64,000 bases of DNA. It comes from Naegleria gruberi (lineage: Eukaryota). Numbering within the stretch: the first letter of the stretch is position 1; every line of letters starts with the position of its first letter. Positions 1 through 12,800 of the stretch are shown one piece after another. Where the stretch lies: assembly GCA_000004985.1 (NCBI GenBank), contig GG738875.1. The stretch is one strand, 5' to 3'. A program made the translations under genes and the position numbers. The notes below the pieces were generated by a model. The model worked only from the letters and a program-made list of their open reading frames with translations, did not search any database and was not told where the DNA came from.

Positions 1-739
1 CCATCCTTATTCAAGTCAAACATGTCAAACACTCCTCTCATATCCTCAGCACTTGCTTGGTCAGAAAATTGAATTGGTGTTTCATTACCTCCCTTCTTGA
101 TTGGAGGTAGCTTATCGGAATTAAGTCGTGAACCATTTGTTGGTGATTTACTTCTTGAAATTGGTAGGGGAGATGTTGGACTTGTTGGCACAAGGTTCTT
201 TTTTGAAGAAAATAGGCCTTTGAAGGATAAGGTGCTAGATTGTTGCGAAGAAGGTTTACTTGCAGCCTCTTCTGCAAGGGAATGTCTTCTTGAGGTTGAT
301 GGTGGGAATTCAGGGGCAAGGGAATTTCGTTTTGTAGACAAAGGGTAGTATGATGGTGATACCACACTCTTTCTTCTTGTAGGTAAGGTTTTCATAGTAT
401 CCATTGTTGGTGCTTTCATTATTGTACAGAATTCATCAAAAGATATTACACCCTTCTTGTGTGTTTGTATTTCAGACATGATATCATCCATATCATTCAT
501 TGTGACTTCATGACCCAGAGCGCGTAATGTATTTAATAATTCGTCTTTTCCTATGTATCCATCTCCATCCTTATCAAAAAGACGAAATGTTTGATGAAAA
601 AGAATCCTTTCTGTGTTGAGGAGTAGAAGCAGTTTATAAATAATCATGATCAAAAATGCTTACCCTCAGAGGAAATGTCAGAGGTTGTTAGTGAAGGTGT
701 AATAAATCTTATTGGCGTGTTGTTAGGAGATCTTTTCAT
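1..739 (-). CDS. EF-hand calcium-binding protein, 5' part (CDS continues beyond the window start). Model: join(complement(664..739),complement(<1..610))
   Basis: The minus-strand ATG at 739 has an in-frame stop just upstream. Exon 1 is 76 nt and ends ...TCT GAG G, followed by GTAAGC. A 53-nt intron spans 611..663 and ends at an acacAG acceptor. Exon 2 stays open to position 1 (checked codon by codon). It encodes the EF-hand loop FDKDGDGYIGKDEL with a partner loop (THKKGVISFDEF), then an S/T/P-rich linker of about 120 aa, then a new EF loop (FDMFDLNKDG) at the window edge. The ORF track omits it because it runs off the edge. Confidence 0.6.
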
Positions 740-889
740 TTTTTTTTCTTTTTATTCAGAAAGACACTATGAACCGGCGTTAAGGTAGTAATATAGGAAA
801 TTGGCTTTGAAAAAGTAAATAGGTTCGCACTTTTGATCAAATAATGAAGAGATATACTTCAATTGTTAATTTATTTACAAACAATTCAT

Positions 890-3800
890 TTACTGCGTGC
901 TGCCGAGAAGGGCAACACCTCTCAACTTCCACTTTGATTTATCTTCCAAACAATTAAGTTCAACATTGAAGATAAAGGTCAAGTCACTACGATTCTTATT
1001 TCTATACACTGGGCATGTGTAAGAGTTCTTCTTCTTTTCTTTTTCCTTATTCTTATCATTAGCAGCAGCAACATTTGAATCCTTAGCAAAGGCAGAAATG
1101 TGAATAACAGGTAATTTGCAAGTGAGGATTTTTGGTAGAGATTCAGTGAGTCTTGCTGAAGCCTTATCCCAACCAGCACCTTCCAAAGATAAACCATGGA
1201 TGTAAACACCTTCACTTGGAGGTTCAATTACATCTTTTTCTTCCATCTTGGTAACTTCAGTCTTGAGTACGACATCATCAAGAGCCCAACCTCTGGCTCT
1301 AGCTACTTCTTGTTGTACAGCTGTCAAGAAACCTTGTGGATTGTAGAATCCTGTTAATTTGAATGAGTTTGGTCTTCCTTCAGTGAGCCACTTGAATAAT
1401 TGGTCATGTCTGGTATCAAGTTCATTGAACCACAAACCAATAGTTTGGGACTCCCAAGAGAATTTCTTCCAAATATCTGGAACTCTACCATCGTAAATAT
1501 TATTCAAAATATCAGATAAACCAGCACTCATGATGATAGCACCATCAATGGCCAGCTTTAAATTGGTAAGATCGGCTCTTACCATACCAATAAGCTTTTG
1601 CAATCTATCAATTTCTTGACTAAGGAAAACGTTCAATGAATTTCTATCAAAACCACCTTGCTTCTTAATTTCAGAATCAACCATATCACGTTTGAAATCT
1701 GGTGGAAGTCCCTTCAAAAATTCATCAGCCTTCTTGAAAACGTTATCTTCTCTTGTTTCTCCGGCGCCACCAGCACTTTCCTTTGGTTGAACATCGAGGA
1801 TTGTTGACAATACTGACTTTGATTCATCAGTTCTGTAGTTAATATCAGCATTAGGGTGCAAGCCAAATACTTCAGGGTTATCAATTTGAGGAATTTGCTT
1901 TTCAATAAATTCGACAAATTGTTCCTTATCTACTTCAGTGATAACTTTTTCAGCACTAACGAAAGGAATTGTGTAACCATCATAAAATTTAAATTCAACC
2001 TTTGCAACATCAGGAGATAACCACTTTTCACCATAGGTCTTGAATAGTTGTCTGTCTCTTTCGTCAGTAATCTTACCACCATAGTGTACATCGCAAATCA
2101 TGTATCTAATAGTTGGCCAACTGATGGATCCCTTCTTGATATCATCACCTATTGAAGCAAAGTGATTTTGCATGAACATTAAGGAAGCACTCAAGTCAGC
2201 AAAGTTGAATTCATAAGGAATATTCCATCCCAAGTAACCAAACTTCTTTCTTTCAGAAACAACAGAGCTCAAGAAACACATTGTGTAAATGAGTGGTTTC
2301 CATTCTGGTCTCTTTGATGCATCTAACATATCTTGTGTGACCCATTCAAAGGCGTTCTTCATACCTGCCTTCACACCAACATCGCCTTCAAGAGTAAGCT
2401 TAATAGATGTTTGAAGTAAGCCAATTGGGAATTTTGGATGAGGTTCGCTAGTAACCCAAATTCTAAAGTCTGGATGTATATTTTCAGCATTCTTAATCAT
2501 ATCTTCAATAAGACTGATAAATTTCAAACCCAAGTGACAGTTTTGTAATAATACCCAACTACCAGTGGAGAAACCAGTTTGAATATATTCTGTAGCTCTT
2601 GGTTCCTGCCCTTGACCCATAGAAATGGCTAACACATCCTTCTTGTGGTGTCTGGCCAAGCCTTCAATTGCTGAAGTTGGATCAGAACCAGGACTCAACA
2701 AACAAACAAATGGCGTCTTGTTATCACTTTCCTTCCAGACGTTATCCAAGTTGATAGGTACAACGTCTAAGTACTTTTGGCCAAGTGCTGATCTAATATA
2801 TTGCATAGCAGCAAGGATGGTTCTGTCTTCTCTCAATGAACGAATAAGTAACAATTTTTCAAAATCTGTCAGGTTACTATATTCTGGGACCTTTGTTTCT
2901 TCAGGCTTTTCTTCGTCATAGAACTTCTTCCATAACTTGTCATTCTTGTGCATTTTTTCTGGCAATTGTTTGAATGTTTCAATAGAGAACAAGCTCATTA
3001 CATTCAACCAGTTAACATCAGGTAACCAGTCAACCTTTTGTCTAACTTTAGACAAGTCAAGCAAAGAACCTCCTCTTAATAGAGTACTGAATTGTTCAAA
3101 GTCTAATTTTCCTTCTCTTAATTGAATCTTACAAGTGAGCAATAGTAAGAATAAGAACTTGTGTCTCTTGAAAAGACCTCTGCTTGTGTATCTGTAAATA
3201 ATGAAGGTACATGATTCCTTAATATTAATAATTCTTTGAGAGGCAACAGGAGCAGGAGCTGCAGTCTTAATACCTCTATCAAAGAGAATCAAGAATTGAT
3301 TCAATGAAGTTTGGTACATAGGATTGACCAATGACATTTCAACAATCAAGAAATAGAGAACAGAACCTCTGATAGCAACATCTTCATATTCCATTCTAGC
3401 CTTATTGATTCTTTCCTCAGTATCTTTTGCATTTACAAGCTTTTCCTTAATTTCAGCTGCTTGCTTCTTTGTTTGGGCTAATACAGCAATCAATACTTCA
3501 TCTTCAATAAGAGACTTGTCTGATTCTTCAGAAAGTTTTGACAACAATTGGGCTTCAAGATCAGCCATGACTTGTTGGTTACCGTTAATATCTTCCAAAA
3601 TCTTTTCTCTTTGTTCTTCCAGTTCAGCCTTTTCTTGTTGGATAACATAACCCAAAAGCTGTTGTTCCAACCCTTTCATGGTAACTGTAAAGTCAATAAT
3701 GTTGCACTTAGCAAACAACTCAGGAGTAAAGTTAGGATTGGCAATCTTTGTTGTCAAGAACAACTTGAATCCATCATCGTAATCAATAGCCTTATCTTGA

Positions 3801-6800
3801 ATGATGATTTGCTTTTGTTTACCAGTCATAACGAATGACTTTTCCAATAGAGGATCAAGCATAGGATCAATTTCTTCTTCCACATTTTCAATGATAAGTG
3901 GACGACCATTTGAAATGGCATCTTCAAGTTGATTACGGAAGTACTTGTCAGTCAATCTAACAATTAAGAGACCTTGTTTTTCAAACTTCTTCTTCAACCA
4001 GGCTAAACCTTGTCCTTGAGGATCAACCAACAAAGCCCACTTAGAGGACTTTGTCAACATGATAGCATTTTGAATTGAGTGGGAGTCAGTTGGTAAGCCT
4101 TCAAGATTCCATGCACCTATTTGAGCTTCAGTAGTCAACAAATCTACAATCTTATCCTTCTTTTCATTTTTATCTTCTTCTGTTACAGGAATATCTTTTT
4201 CTTTACAATCAGCATAGAAACATTTGGAGAGCAAAATCTTACGGAATTCACTGTTAAAAGGTCCACAGTAAGAAATAAAAGCACAAGCGAGTGCAACATC
4301 ACCAGTTAACTTTCTCAATCTATCAGAGAATTGTTTGGATTGAATACCCCATCTTTCACTTTCTCCGCCAAGAGATGAAATAAGACTGGTTGCTTGTTCC
4401 ATGAACTTTCTTGTCTTTTCAGCATCTTCTTCGAGAAGTTCCTTTTTTCTTGTTTCTTCTTCGAAAACTCTTTGCTTTTCTTCAAATTCAGCGATGACCT
4501 TATTCAATTCTTCCATCTTCTTATTCAGTTGTGCAGTAGCGATAGCAAGAGTTTCTTCAGCTTCTCTAAGTCTTTCTCTCTTTGGTCTAACTTCCTTTTC
4601 TACGTTGTGATATTCAGCCATAGCACGAACCCAAGTACACAAATTTGAAGCAGCTGAACTTGATGATTTGATGATATCATATGTAAAGAATGAGTAATTA
4701 ATATAAGGCATCAACAATTCTACAGTTTCATCTGTAATTTCATCTTGCTTAAATTGTTGGATACCTTTCAAGAAACCAGCGTCAGCAGTCATCTTTTGAG
4801 CGTTAGAATATGAGTCTTCAATTATGGCACCCAATTTTTCGTCATTAATAATTTTAACATCATTGATTGGGAATTGTCTCAAGATGAGAACACCATCAAA
4901 TACGGTTTTAATGGCTTGAGCAGGAACTGTATAGGCCTTGACAGTTTGAATGTCTTTTGGTTGAATTGAAGCAACAGCCTTTTCAGCTCTTTCCAGGGCT
5001 GGTTTAGCTTTTTCTAAATCTGCTAAAGCTTCCTTCTTTTGAATTTCAACCAAGTTATGCTCCTTTTCAATAATATCCTTTTCTTTTTCTACTTCAGTCT
5101 TCTTAGCCAATGTCTTGGTCTTGCTTTCGGAAACTTCTTTCATGATCTCTTCAGCTTTGAGTTTGGCTTCATCCAATTTCTTTTCCTTAATCTTCAACTC
5201 AATTTGAAGCTTTTCAACATCTTCCTTTGCTTCATGAAGTTTAGAGAGACCCATAGCAACGTTCTTAGCTTCTTTATCAATTTCAGCATACTTAGCTCTG
5301 TATACGTCCTTATACAACTGTATAAATGATAGGTAAGACTTTGGAGTTGTGTGGACTGCTCTTCTGAATCTTTGGAAGTATTCAGAGGCGACTTCATTAA
5401 TCTTATTGTGTACTGCAGCCATGTGTTTAATCAAACTCTTCTTGACTTCAGGTGTACAATGAATTTCATAATCATCCAAGAATTTCTTGGCAACACTTGT
5501 CAAAGCTTCCTCTGGCCATGGGAAGAACCAATTTACAGAACATCCACTGATAAGAGCAGGGAACTTCAAAGCTCTGCTTCTGAACTTCTCACTAACTGGT
5601 GAGAAGCACAATACAATATGCAAATTATCTCTAACTCTGTTGATAAAGAATCTGTACAAATTATCATAAGTATCATTTCTTCCAATAGTAGTTGGGTATA
5701 AACGTTTAGCAACCATTCTCAAATCGTTAATGATAGAATCAATTTCTTCTTTCATGAATAGACCAGAGACTTCTCCTGAAGATAAGATACTATTAATATA
5801 TTCAAGGAAAGTTTCATCTTTGATTTCGTTATCTGTGAAAATGAAACTGACTGGTTTTCCTTGCAAACCAGCAAGCTTGAACATTTCTCTTAAATCTTCG
5901 AAGAAGTTGTTAGCGTTATAAGTCTTGTGAAGAACAATTTGCTTGATTTCATAGCCTGCAATAAATGAAGAAAGTCTTGTTAATGATTGTTTTCCTGAAC
6001 CACCAACACCGACTAATAAAGCATTACCTCTTGGCATACTCAGAATTCTTGAAATACGAACCAAGTGTTTGAGAGCCATGTCGAAGAGAACCAAGTCCAA
6101 TTTTTTAATATGCTTTCTTTCACCATTGTAATTCTTCATGAATCCTTCAACTCTTTGTCTGAGAGATTCAATTGACTCAATAGGTTCATAAATCTTTGGA
6201 GCTTCTTCAACTACTTCATCAGTGTCCTCATCAACAATAGGATCTCTCAAGAAATTGACAAAGTAATAATTATCAACCTTAGCTAATTCTCTGCCAAAGT
6301 ACTTTTCAGCTGTCTTAACAATGGAATCATCAAACCAAATCTTGTCTTTGACATCATTCAATCTGTCTGAGAAAACTCTACCACATTCGTGTTTCCACAA
6401 TCCCATCAAAATTTGTGGAGTTTTAACAACATCTGAAGGACAGTTCATTAAACCTTGATAGACTCTTGATAAATCTCTCAAGTTGAAAATGTAGTGGAAC
6501 TTCTTTGGAGTTGGAAGCATCTTATCTTGAGTCATTCTCCAGAATTCAATAGTAGCTGGAGTAATGCTTGATGCAAGCTTTACCATTTCATCAGAGAATC
6601 TTGTAGTATTATATCTACCTCTGATGACAGAACCGAAGATTTGGTCAATAGATGCTACAGTAGGAAGTGTAATATTCAAAATAGAGAAGTGTCTCTTCAA
6701 TCTTTCAGGAATATCATTCTTACCACCACCTGGATGGGACATGGCAGCAATAAATTGCAAATCTTCAATATGAATAAATTCACCAATCTTAGTTAAACTG

Positions 6801-9800
6801 TAGAATCCCTTTTCTTCTACAAGTTGTCTTACAATTTCGTTTGTAACTTGATCTCCCCAAGCATTGATTTCTGGCATGTTAATATCGTCAACAAAGACTA
6901 CCATCTTCTTGTTTTGAGGTGGTCCGTAAACTCTGAATCTCTTTTCAATATTGTCTTGAATAGTGAATTGGAAGATGTTGTGTGTTGTTGCAGAAGAAAA
7001 GTTAATCTTCTTATACATCATTGTTTCAGGGTCCAAATTGTACAAGTAGTTTTCAATTGTAACAGTCTTTGCTGTACCAGAACCACCTGTGAACAAGATA
7101 TCCCTCTTTTGTTTAGCCAAGAGTTCAATGATATAGGTTGTTCTTACAGAATCTGAAGTAGGAACGTACAAGGTACTGAATTCAAGAACATCATTTTCAG
7201 GATAATTCCAAGCAGGAATAACAGCCTTCCAATTCTTCCACTTCTTAGATGCAGGATCAACGAAAAAGTCATAAATATTTTCATCTTCACCCATATCAGT
7301 TGGGAAAATGGTTGCCTTGGATTTGATATAATCACTGAATTGTTTTCTCGCCTTTGATTCCAACAAACCACCAATAGACCAAGCAAAGGAATACCAGAAA
7401 AGCATTTCAATATGTTGCTTGTCTAATTTGATTTCTCCCTTATTAGAGTGTTCTTGAATCAACTGTGTAATAATACTGAAACAGGTCATAACTTGATTGA
7501 CTCTAACAACATTCATCACAGACTTAAGCTCTTTCTTAATATAATCAACACCATTGTCAATATGAGTTGTAAATAATGTTCTGACAATAGTTGTTTCTTC
7601 TTCCTTGAACGGAGCGACTGGTACAGAGTCACCAGTTGAAATAGTTTCATTAACTCTTCCTGCGTATCCTTTCAATCTTGATTCTAAAACAGGAGCCCAA
7701 CCAAGAACGGATTCAGAAATATAAATTTGACCAGCTCTAGAAACAGTAGCAGGAGAGGCATTATTCAAGTTTTCGACTTCGAAACACATCTTAACATCTG
7801 GGGACATTGCTAATCTATCACCGTTAGCAAGAGTCAATAACTTGTTATCATCCAAAACAGTGTTCAAATTTTCAATCCAAATAGCATCAACAGGACCATC
7901 ACAATTGATCCAAATGTGTTGCTTTCTTTGTTTGTTTGCTTGTTTCCACAAGTCAGAGAAAATACCGTCAGTCCATTCGTTTGCTACTACATCAAGTTTA
8001 CCAAACATTTGATTAGCTGTAATGGCCTTTGGATTCATTCTAAGTTGTTTATATGTTTTCTCTGGATTGAGAACACTGAGTGTCTTCAATAATATAGAAT
8101 AACAAGCACTTTTACCTGAACTGGCAGCACCGACCACCATGATACCGTGACGAACCAAACAAGTTTCATATAATTGGATCACTTTTTCCACCCAAGGTCC
8201 ATGATTTTCAAAACCATTTTGTTTGATTTGTTGTTCAAGTTGCTTTTCAAGTTCTGGAAAACGTCTCTTTTCTGCAACAATTGAAGGGAACAAGTCTTCT
8301 ACAAGAGAATTGAACAAGCTAACGTCTTCAGCGACCAATTTAGAAGTGTTCATGTCTCTGAGAGTTCTCATGAGCAAGAAGTGTTCTGATTTACCAATGT
8401 TAGCTCTCATTGTTTCACCAGCAGTTCTCAAAACTGACAAAATATTTCTGAGACCAAAATCGTAGTGAGCTTGTTTTGAAAGCTGTTGTTCACAAAGTCT
8501 GTACAAGACATCGAACTTCTTTGATAATGGTTCGTTCTTCTTGTAACCAGCAGCAGCTAACTTGACTCTAATAATAATTCTTCTGTCAGGAACCATCATA
8601 GTGACACCTCTAAACAAAACCTTCAAGTTTTCTGGAAGTTCTTGACGTCCTTGATAACCAGGATTCATAGTAATAAACATGGCTGTCTTGTCATTCAATT
8701 TACATGGTTTACCATCTGTAAAAACGAATTTCTTTTTACCATCTCTCAAGGTTGACAGAATGGATTGGACTTGTTGAGCAACGACAGACAACACTTCAAG
8801 TTCAATACGATTGAATTCGTCGAAACAACCCCAAGAACCACTTTGAGCCAAACCTCTAAAGATTTTACCCATAGCTCTATAATCCATTTGATCTGAACAG
8901 TTAAAGACAACTACATATTTACCAAGAGTTCTACCCAAATCTTTAACAGTTTCTGTTTTACCTGTACCGGCTGGACCAGCTGGAGCACCACCTAACTTCA
9001 AACCGATGGCTTGAGAGAGGGTAAGATAACATCTGTCGGTCAAAGGTGTAATGACCAGTCTTTCCTTACAACCCAAATATTCATAACAATATTCTTGATC
9101 GATATCTGCAATAGAAACAATACAAGTATCTTGATCTGGTTTCCAATAGAATCTGGCTTGTTTTTGCCAATCAAAATTAATAGTGTCCTTAACTCTATCT
9201 CTTAAAAGTTCACCGAAAACGTCACGTTGGTGAACTTGAATTGTAATAAGAGTTTCAACCTTTGTTCTTTCCAAAGGAGTCAATTCTCTTGTTGTTAAGG
9301 TTGTAAGTTCATCAAGAATAGTTGAAATTTTAGCATGGGTATTAGACATTGCTCTCTTATCAGACTTGGCTGAATTCAAAGCATTTTCACATTGTACTGT
9401 CCACACGAATTGAATACCAAGAATAGTAACTTGAGCAGGATACTTTTCAATGAAACTAGTGAGTGACATTGTGTTACATTCTTCAGCAGCATCTCTGACA
9501 ATGAAACGAAGAGTTCTTTGCATTTCTTCTTCGAGTTTTTGTAACCAATCTTCAACGTTACCTGCAGCTACAACAGCATCATTAAGAGGAACAATTTCTC
9601 CTTCAGGGGATTGCATACTCAAAATCTTGTTGTCTTGTCTAGCATCGAAAGTAACCTTTGAAATAGAGTCGAAAATTGTAATCAAAGCAGGTTGAATAGC
9701 ATGAGGATCAGATGATTGAGACAAGATTTCCAACAAAGCAGTGTCAGAGTTGAAATAGAATCTTGGGAAAATATCTCTCTTTTGTTCCAAATAACCAGCC

Positions 9801-12800
9801 AAAGCCTTTTGACATTCTTCCAAACTGATTTTAAGAGCTGGCAACATCTTCAACATTTCATTATCAAAGCAGAAACGAATAACGTTTGGAGTAGCAACAG
9901 CCTTTTGTAAAATCTTGACCCAGTTCTTATCAATGTGACTGAATTTCTTGTCTTCATGTGGCAATTGTCTCTTAATATCACCACTTGCAAATACAGGCTC
10001 AAGATAAAGCCATTGAGCTTGAACTTGTCTCCAAGCTTGAATATTTTCAGTTACAGATGTAAGCTTTTGCATCCATCCAGAGGCTAATTCTCTGAATGGT
10101 TCCAAATACTTTGAACCCATGATACCACCCAAGTTCATTTGGGCTTCTTCAAGTTGTTCCATCAATTCTTGAGTTTCAGCACCCTTCAAGATAATAGGAC
10201 CACGGTGTTTGTATTCAGCGAAAGACAATTCTCTATCCTTCCATTCTTCAGTAAGCTTTTTCAACTTGTCTTCAATTTCTAATTCCTTACGAGCTGAGTT
10301 ACAAACATCTTCGACTTCTTCCTTACATGCAAGTAAATTAGCTTCCAAAATGTCTTTAAGTTTAAACACATCGTCTTCCTTCTTAAATTGCTTCTTTGTG
10401 AGGGCTTCCAAACGTTCCCAATGTCTTTCTCTCATAGATGGATTCTTAAGTTGATCCAACAATGGTTGTAATTCTAAGAAATCTTCAATAGTTTGTCTCA
10501 AATTTTCATAAGCCTCAATGCCTTTTGCAGCTTTCTTTAAAGAATTACATTTAGTAGCAAACTTGTTGACTTCATCAGTAATGGCTTGGAAATCAAGTTC
10601 AGACCACAATAACTCTCCATAACTACCAACTTGTTTCTTAACCTTAATGTATAAATCGTACAAGGTGTCGTATAACTTTAACATCTTTTTCATCTTTGCA
10701 AGATCTGGGTATTCTTGCATTGGCAATCCGAATAATTTTTCACCTTCTCTGTACACTTCATATTTTCTTTCTCTTTCAGCATACAGTCTTTGGAATTTGT
10801 TCAGTCTTTCTCTAGCTTCTTCAGGTGCAATATCAGGTACTGCAGGCCCATTAAGTGTAAAATCTTTACAGAATTGCTCGACATCGGTTTTAAAGAGCTT
10901 TACCTCAGAAATTAATCTTGTCTTGAACCCACTTTGAACCTTAGAAATAGTTTCGTTAACTTTACTGGCCAATCTAGTCAATTTCTCCCACTTGAAAGCC
11001 AGATCGTAAACTTCATCAATTTCTTCCTTAGGAACATTTACAGAGTACTTTTTCAAAATAGAATATCTGTCAGCAATTTTAGAGAAATCATATTCAATCA
11101 TTGCTTCCCTAGATCTAATATCCATAACAGTACCCATGACAAATCTCAAGTCTTCAAGGTTTGCAATTTCTTGAGATAATCTCTTTGTAGATTCATCCAT
11201 CATTGTCAAATAGTTGTTCAATTCTTCCTTTGCACTTTCGTGAAGGTTATTGGCATATTGAACTTTCCATTGAATAACTAGCTGGAGTATGGAATTCTTC
11301 AATCCTTCTGCATCCAAAAAGAATGGACCCACAATACTTGATGTCTCCATTTGGCCAATCTCATTTTCAAGAACTGTGTATTTGTTCAACTCCTTTTCAA
11401 AATCATCAAGAGTTGGCTTCTTATCAACACATTTATCAACAAACTTTTTGTAGGCTGTTTGTTTGTCTTCCTTCCAGAGATAGCTGTACTTTTCGTATTT
11501 AGCCATAAATTGCTTAATTTCTTTTTGTAATAAAGCACAAGCTCCACTAGATGTCATTACCAGTCTAATAACATCACAGTCTCTGGATACTTCTCTGTTG
11601 AAGTGAATCTCTGGTTTGCACCTCCATGGTTGGATTGCCTTTGGAGATCCTAAAACAGATTGAACAACTCTGTCAATAGACTCTTGAATTTCTTCAAGGT
11701 TAGGTTTGAGAATTACATCAGGAGCTGCAAGTTCAAAACCAATTTTGAAAATTGGATCACCATGTGTGTCCTTTCTTGTTCTGCTTCTAAAGTAATGCAA
11801 AGACTTTACGACAGAATTCAGTAAGTTTTCTAAAATTGTTCTATGGTAAAATTCTTTAAGTCGAGTCAACAAATCTGGAGTAATTGTTAGTTTTGTTTCC
11901 TCGAATGGAAAACCAGAAATTACTTCTAAAATATCCTCTACGGCTCTTTCTATTTCAATACTCTTATTGTTGAGCTGTTCAGATAATTCTTTTGAGTATT
12001 TGTCTTGTGTATCTACAATTTGTTCAAGAGTGGAATCTTCTCTTTCAGGGAGCAAGAAAAATCCAGTATTTGATATATCCTTCAAATTTTTGTCGATTCT
12101 TCCATCGATAATATCATTAACCTTAAGTAATACATCTTCTAACTTTTCCAGTGTCTTGTGAATTCTCTTTAAATAAACTGAAATATTCATAGAAGTCCAT
12201 GAAAGAGTTGTAACACCAGGATCAATTTTCTTCTCAAGCTCGTCAATATGTGGTTCAAGTAATGGCTTTACATCATCTTTAACCATAGAAAGAATTCTTG
12301 CTCTTTCCTTCAAAACAAAGGATAACTCGTTGTAATATCCTTTGTATTTTTGTTCTTGAAGGAGAACAGTTTTACCCACATCTGGGATTTCAACTCCAAG
12401 TCTCATTAACCATTTGGCTTCTCTAATGAGTTGAATTATTTCAATATCAAAGTTAACAAAGAGTCTATCTTCAACCTTAATAATCAAAGTTGCCAATAAA
12501 CCGTCCTTTGCCTTTTCAACATATTTCTTCCAAGCTTCCAACCATGAGGTTTCAAACTTGATTAAACCCATCAAAACCTTGTTGTATGTTTTGATAATCT
12601 TCTTTGATTCCTTACTTTGCATAATAGTTGGGATTTGTTGGAATTTAGTCATTGGCTCCTCTATTCTTCTCATAAGTTGTCTACACCAAATAACTTTTCC
12701 GGCAACGGGTGGGGCATTTCTTACCAATGGTGGTTTAACTTTGAATTTTTCATATAGCTTTTGAATGTTATCAAGTTGGAATCCATAGTTGTGGAAAATT

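Noticed and set aside
38-367. Minus-strand 109-aa ORF and plus-strand 83-aa ORF (97..348) from the track
   Set aside because: Both overlap the open exon 2 of the EF-hand gene in other frames. Their products are low-complexity (H/Q/L-rich) and have no start context. The real coding frame was verified by manual reverse complement.
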